From the IMG/VR virus record IMGVR_UViG_3300002835_000070, positions 1-64,000 of that record: DNA of 64,000 nucleotides; one strand, given 5' to 3'. Positions 60,464 through 64,000 of the stretch are shown piece after piece; position 1 is the stretch's first letter; each line of letters begins with the position of its first letter. Both the position numbers and the translations under genes were made by a program. The notes under the pieces are model-generated. The model saw only the letters and a program-made list of their open reading frames with translations, made no database searches and was not told the DNA's origin. This DNA is from a virus.

Positions 60464-61138
60464 ATGGCAAATTCAAAAGCGACTCCTCAATTAGGAGCAT
60501 TAACATTAGTATTACTTGTAAGAAATTATAGAAGCCAAATGATTGCTTTATTGGCAAGAAATGGTGTTGCGGTAAAACCTAATGCGTCAGAACAAAATAT
60601 AGCCAATTTAATGGCTAATTTATTAAAAGTATCAAAATCTTTTTTCAAAGATTTAAGCGACTTTTTAACTAACCCTGCGGTAACTAAAGTACTTGCAGAT
60701 GGGGTTGCTAAAGTTTCACAAACTGCTCAATATATGAAAGCAAGTGGAAATGGGTATATGAATTATGAGGGGGAAGAATATGACGATGCTTACTTTGAAG
60801 AAGACCCTATTGACCCTGCATTACCTGTACCGTCAAATACTCCAAAAAAAGGGTTTTGGTCAGATTTGAATTTTGCAGAAATATTAAAAGGAGGTATGAA
60901 TCTTTTTGGTAATTATACAAAAGCACAATCTGATGCTGAAATAGCAAGGCAACGTGCTAAAGTTGCAGAAGCGGGAGGTGGAGCAGTTGTTTTAGACCCA
61001 ACGACAGGGGAAGAAGTTGACCCAAATGACAAACCTGATACGGGATTGGGTACAACTACAATTGTTGTATTAAGTTTAGTAGGCGTTGCATTATTAGGAA
61101 CTGTAATATATTTTATTGCAAGACCTAAAAAATCTTAA
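60464..61138 (+). CDS. Putative virion membrane protein (C-terminal TM)
   Basis: IVVLSLVGVALLGTVIYFI; YMKASG and YMNYEG motifs. Confidence 0.72.
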   Translation: MANSKATPQLGALTLVLLVRNYRSQMIALLARNGVAVKPNASEQNIANLMANLLKVSKSFFKDLSDFLTNPAVTKVLADGVAKVSQTAQYMKASGNGYMNYEGEEYDDAYFEEDPIDPALPVPSNTPKKGFWSDLNFAEILKGGMNLFGNYTKAQSDAEIARQRAKVAEAGGGAVVLDPTTGEEVDPNDKPDTGLGTTTIVVLSLVGVALLGTVIYFIARPKKS

Positions 61139-61149
61139 AAAATAGAGTT

Positions 61150-61374
61150 ATGATTGATGAAAAAATGTTATCCAATATAATTGGGGCTTCTGTTGGAACT
61201 TATCCTAATGAAGTTGCTGACTTCCTTGTGCGTAATAACGTAATTGCACCTGCACCTGAATACACGCTTGACCAATTGGTAGAGGGTGTATTTATAGGTT
61301 TGAATAAAAATCCAACTTTTACTCAAGAATATGGTTCTTGGGTAGAGCAAATTATAACTACATTAACCTTTTAA
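61150..61374 (+). CDS. Hypothetical structural-region protein
   Basis: Operon packing; FLVRNNV resembles LLARNGV of 60464. Confidence 0.65.
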   Translation: MIDEKMLSNIIGASVGTYPNEVADFLVRNNVIAPAPEYTLDQLVEGVFIGLNKNPTFTQEYGSWVEQIITTLTF

Positions 61375-61386
61375 AAATATAATATT

Positions 61387-61692
61387 ATGGCAGGATGGGC
61401 AGATGCTTTAGGAGCAATATTACCAGCTTTTATAACGGTTGGCGGAGGATTAATTTCGCAAAACCAATTAGTGCAACAAGCGCAAGGTCAAGCTAATGAT
61501 GCAAGAGCATTAGCTGAAAAACAATACGAAACTGCATTGGCACAACAAAAGGCGCAAGAATTAGCTTCAATAAATGCAAACAAAAATAAAGTCGTAACTC
61601 CACCAAAGAACAATACTTTACTTTATGTTGGATTAGGTGTAGGCGGTGTTGTTTTAATTGGAGTTGTAATTTTTGCGGTTACGAGAAACTAA
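61387..61692 (+). CDS. Putative virion membrane protein
   Basis: Ala/Gln helix plus C-terminal TM. Confidence 0.72.
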   Translation: MAGWADALGAILPAFITVGGGLISQNQLVQQAQGQANDARALAEKQYETALAQQKAQELASINANKNKVVTPPKNNTLLYVGLGVGGVVLIGVVIFAVTRN

Positions 61693-61711
61693 TTTTTAAT
61701 AAATATTAGAT

Positions 61712-61927
61712 ATGCAAGATTTTTTAGCACAAGCGAAAGACATAGCGAGTAAGGACAAAAGAGAAATTCTTATGGTAACTACTCAAGCATCGGTAAACGG
61801 TGCGGTTACAGGACTTGTTTTGGGTCTTATGATTGGTTATTGGAAAAACAAAAATATTTACATCACAGGTCTTGTAGGTGCTATCATTGGTGGTGTTGCT
61901 ACAAGTATTATAGTTAATAAAAAGTAA
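61712..61927 (+). CDS. Small two-TM Gly-rich protein
   Basis: GAVTGLVLGLMIG...GLVGAIIGG. Confidence 0.72.
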   Translation: MQDFLAQAKDIASKDKREILMVTTQASVNGAVTGLVLGLMIGYWKNKNIYITGLVGAIIGGVATSIIVNKK

Positions 61928-61934
61928 TATAATT

Positions 61935-62870
61935 ATGGATTCATCAAAATTATTGATAGTTGGGGGAGTAGTTTTAGGAGGTTTTTACCTTTTAAATAAA
62001 GGAAAAAAAACAAAAGCAGATGCGGATACAAAAGCATTAGCAGACGCTCAAGCACAAGCATTAGCTTTAGCAATGGCAACCCCAACAATACCCAATCCTG
62101 TCGTTGTAGAGTCAAAATTCTATACTCCTGCCGAAGCAACTAAAAAAGCATTGGAAGTTGTAACTAAATGGATAAGCCTTTTAGATGCTATTCCAAAAGA
62201 AGCGTTGACAGAGGAAAACAAAAATATACTCAATCAAAAGGCTTGGGATGAAAAAGCAAAAAAAGATAAAGCCGAATATGATAAAGCATTAGCACTTGCG
62301 AAATCAAAAAATGAACCTAAATTTACTTTTGGCGATACGAATTATTGGACGGCTAATGAAGAGGATGTTAGAAACGGAAGTTGGGTTAAAGTATTGTCGG
62401 CAAATGTTTGGCAACCAAACAATATTATTTCTTATTCTAATTCATTTAAAATTAGAGATGGCGACAGAATGTTTGAAATTAGTCGTGCGAATCTTATGTT
62501 TTCAAATGCCCCTAAAAATTTAGGAGATTATGTAAAGAGAGTGAAACAAATAGATTTTTCAAATGTTTACGATGCTTTAAAAGTACAATTTGCAGAACTT
62601 CCAAAAACAGATGTTGATAGGTTAGTAATATTATTGCCTAAATATCTTTTGGTAGTAAATGATGATTTTAAATATTTTGAAAATTATTTACAGCAAAATC
62701 CATTTACAATAGAAGAACAGTTGTATTTAAAAGATGTTAGTATTGATAGTTTATTCAATCCTAAAAAAACCGTAACACCTCAATTCTACGGTAATCCGAT
62801 TATACAAAACGCTACATCATTTGCAAATGCGGTACAAAACGCTACATCAATAGCAAATGCGGTTAGGTAA
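61935..62870 (+). CDS. N-anchored membrane protein
   Basis: LLIVGGVVLGGFYLL; 30-bp tandem duplication at the C-terminus (QNATS.ANAV x2). Confidence 0.72.
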   Translation: MDSSKLLIVGGVVLGGFYLLNKGKKTKADADTKALADAQAQALALAMATPTIPNPVVVESKFYTPAEATKKALEVVTKWISLLDAIPKEALTEENKNILNQKAWDEKAKKDKAEYDKALALAKSKNEPKFTFGDTNYWTANEEDVRNGSWVKVLSANVWQPNNIISYSNSFKIRDGDRMFEISRANLMFSNAPKNLGDYVKRVKQIDFSNVYDALKVQFAELPKTDVDRLVILLPKYLLVVNDDFKYFENYLQQNPFTIEEQLYLKDVSIDSLFNPKKTVTPQFYGNPIIQNATSFANAVQNATSIANAVR

Positions 62871-62890
62871 ACAATAGATAAAAAAAGATT

Positions 62891-63001
62891 ATGAAAAAGC
62901 AAAATATAATAATTGGTTTAGTTGGATTAGTAATTTCTCTTGGAGTAGTTTACGGATATACCTATGTAATTGGAAAATCTTGGAAAGCAAGTCAAAAATA
63001 A
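62891..63001 (+). CDS. 36-aa TM protein (absent from the ORF track)
   Basis: MKKQNIIIGLVGLVISLGVVYGYTYVIGKSWKASQK. Confidence 0.65.
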   Translation: MKKQNIIIGLVGLVISLGVVYGYTYVIGKSWKASQK

Positions 63002-63021
63002 TTAATTAAAAAATTAATAAA

Positions 63022-63462
63022 ATGGAAATTTTAAAAGACAAAAAAATATTAGTAGGTGGTTTGGCAGTAATAGGAGGTATAGCACTCGTTGCTTACTTGT
63101 TAAAGCAAAAAACACCAACAAGAAATTCAGAGGGGTTTTTTAATGCGGGTGGGAGAATTTTACCAATAAAAGAACCAATATTACCAAAAAACCAAGAGGT
63201 TTGTAATTTGCCTAATAATTTTGTTAGACAGGTAGTTACTAAAACAGGAGTAATTAAAAATTTTTGCGGTAGATACGATAGGGTTATAGCTATGACACCA
63301 ACAGGTAAAGGATTTCAATACAGGTTGCGACCTGAAATTCCGAGCGCAACTTTTATAAATGGTGGTTTTGTAAATTCAAACGGAACGGGAATTATTACAA
63401 CATATCAAATAATTAGTAGTTCTGATTATGAATCCGCATTTATTTATGGACAAAATTGTTAA
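63022..63462 (+). CDS. N-anchored membrane protein (GGLA-SEGF family)
   Basis: TM helix, RNSEGFFNAGG, Cys-containing domain. Confidence 0.78.
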   Translation: MEILKDKKILVGGLAVIGGIALVAYLLKQKTPTRNSEGFFNAGGRILPIKEPILPKNQEVCNLPNNFVRQVVTKTGVIKNFCGRYDRVIAMTPTGKGFQYRLRPEIPSATFINGGFVNSNGTGIITTYQIISSSDYESAFIYGQNC

Positions 63463-63489
63463 AAAACATTAATCATTAATTCAAAAAAA

Positions 63490-63837
63490 ATGGAAAAGAA
63501 GTATTTAGTAGGAGGTTTAGCAGTAGTAGGTGCAATAGCATTGTTTATGTATTTAAAACCAAAAAACAAAGCAAATTCAGAGGGTTTCTTTAATATGAGT
63601 GGGTTTAATCCTCAAACAAATCCATTTATACCAAATTCTTTTACAAGACAAGATAGATTTTGTAAAGTTTGTGTGCAGTATGATAAAATACAATCGCCTA
63701 AAGGAGGGTTTATGTATTTAAAAAAACTGTACAACCCTAACCAATCTATTAGCGAAGCATTTAGTATCACAGAACAAGAATACACATCTGCGTTTACTAA
63801 AAACGGACTTTGTAAAGTAAATCCACCAACAAAATAA
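63490..63837 (+). CDS. N-anchored membrane protein (GGLA-SEGF family)
   Basis: TM helix, ANSEGFFNMSG, Cys-containing domain related to that of 63022. Confidence 0.78.
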   Translation: MEKKYLVGGLAVVGAIALFMYLKPKNKANSEGFFNMSGFNPQTNPFIPNSFTRQDRFCKVCVQYDKIQSPKGGFMYLKKLYNPNQSISEAFSITEQEYTSAFTKNGLCKVNPPTK

Positions 63838-63865
63838 AACATTAACAATTAAAATTATAATAAAA

Positions 63866-64000
63866 ATGGAAAAAAAGTATATCATCGGAGGTTTAGCAGT
63901 AGTAGGTGCAATAGCATTATTTATGTATTTAAAACCAAAAAACAAAGCAAATTCAGAGGGTTTCTATGGTGCAAATGGTAGATTAACTACAAAAGGAGGT
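63866..64000 (+). CDS. GGLA-SEGF family protein, truncated by the window end
   Basis: MEKKYIIGGLAVVGAIALFMYLKPKNKANSEGFYGANGRLTTKGG, nearly identical to the N-terminus of 47215. Confidence 0.8.
   Translation, partial: MEKKYIIGGLAVVGAIALFMYLKPKNKANSEGFYGANGRLTTKGG

Overview
This AT-rich, gene-dense window, almost entirely on the + strand, looks like part of a large virus of Bacteroidota (Flavobacterium-like host). The host inference rests on TAnnTTTG promoters, A-rich Shine-Dalgarno-less starts, DUF3127 SSBs and a SusC-type domain. No terminase, portal, HK97 capsid or tail gene is recognisable. Instead there is an A32/FtsK-HerA-type packaging ATPase (55679-56503), a candidate single-jelly-roll major capsid protein (59233-59928) and about 25 small single-TM proteins, which points to a tailless virus with an internal membrane. 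Layout: TnpB remnant and replication genes (1-3.8 kb); glycan-modification and accessory genes including three capsid-protein paralogues (3.9-19 kb); giant modular proteins plus a GQ-repeat/MoxR/VWA-like block (19.4-45.5 kb); membrane, morphogenesis and lysis genes (45.7-64 kb). The leading candidate for an undescribed system is a set of polyproteins whose effector modules (zeta toxin, ART-like, ParB-like, DUF2958, LPD11-like) are separated by roughly 50 copies of an aromatic-x-x-Gly-Gly motif. Three of them share a C-terminal YLxMFLGK tag, and a related motif occurs in the capsid N-terminus and the membrane proteins, suggesting virion loading followed by proteolytic release. Also notable: a tandem double copy of the capsid domain, a 227-bp attC-like cassette splitting a RyR-domain gene, anchor-plus-variable-domain gene families, and matching crossed-stem leaders upstream of both NUMOD4-HNH genes. 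All family names come from recognising motifs by eye; no database search was run.
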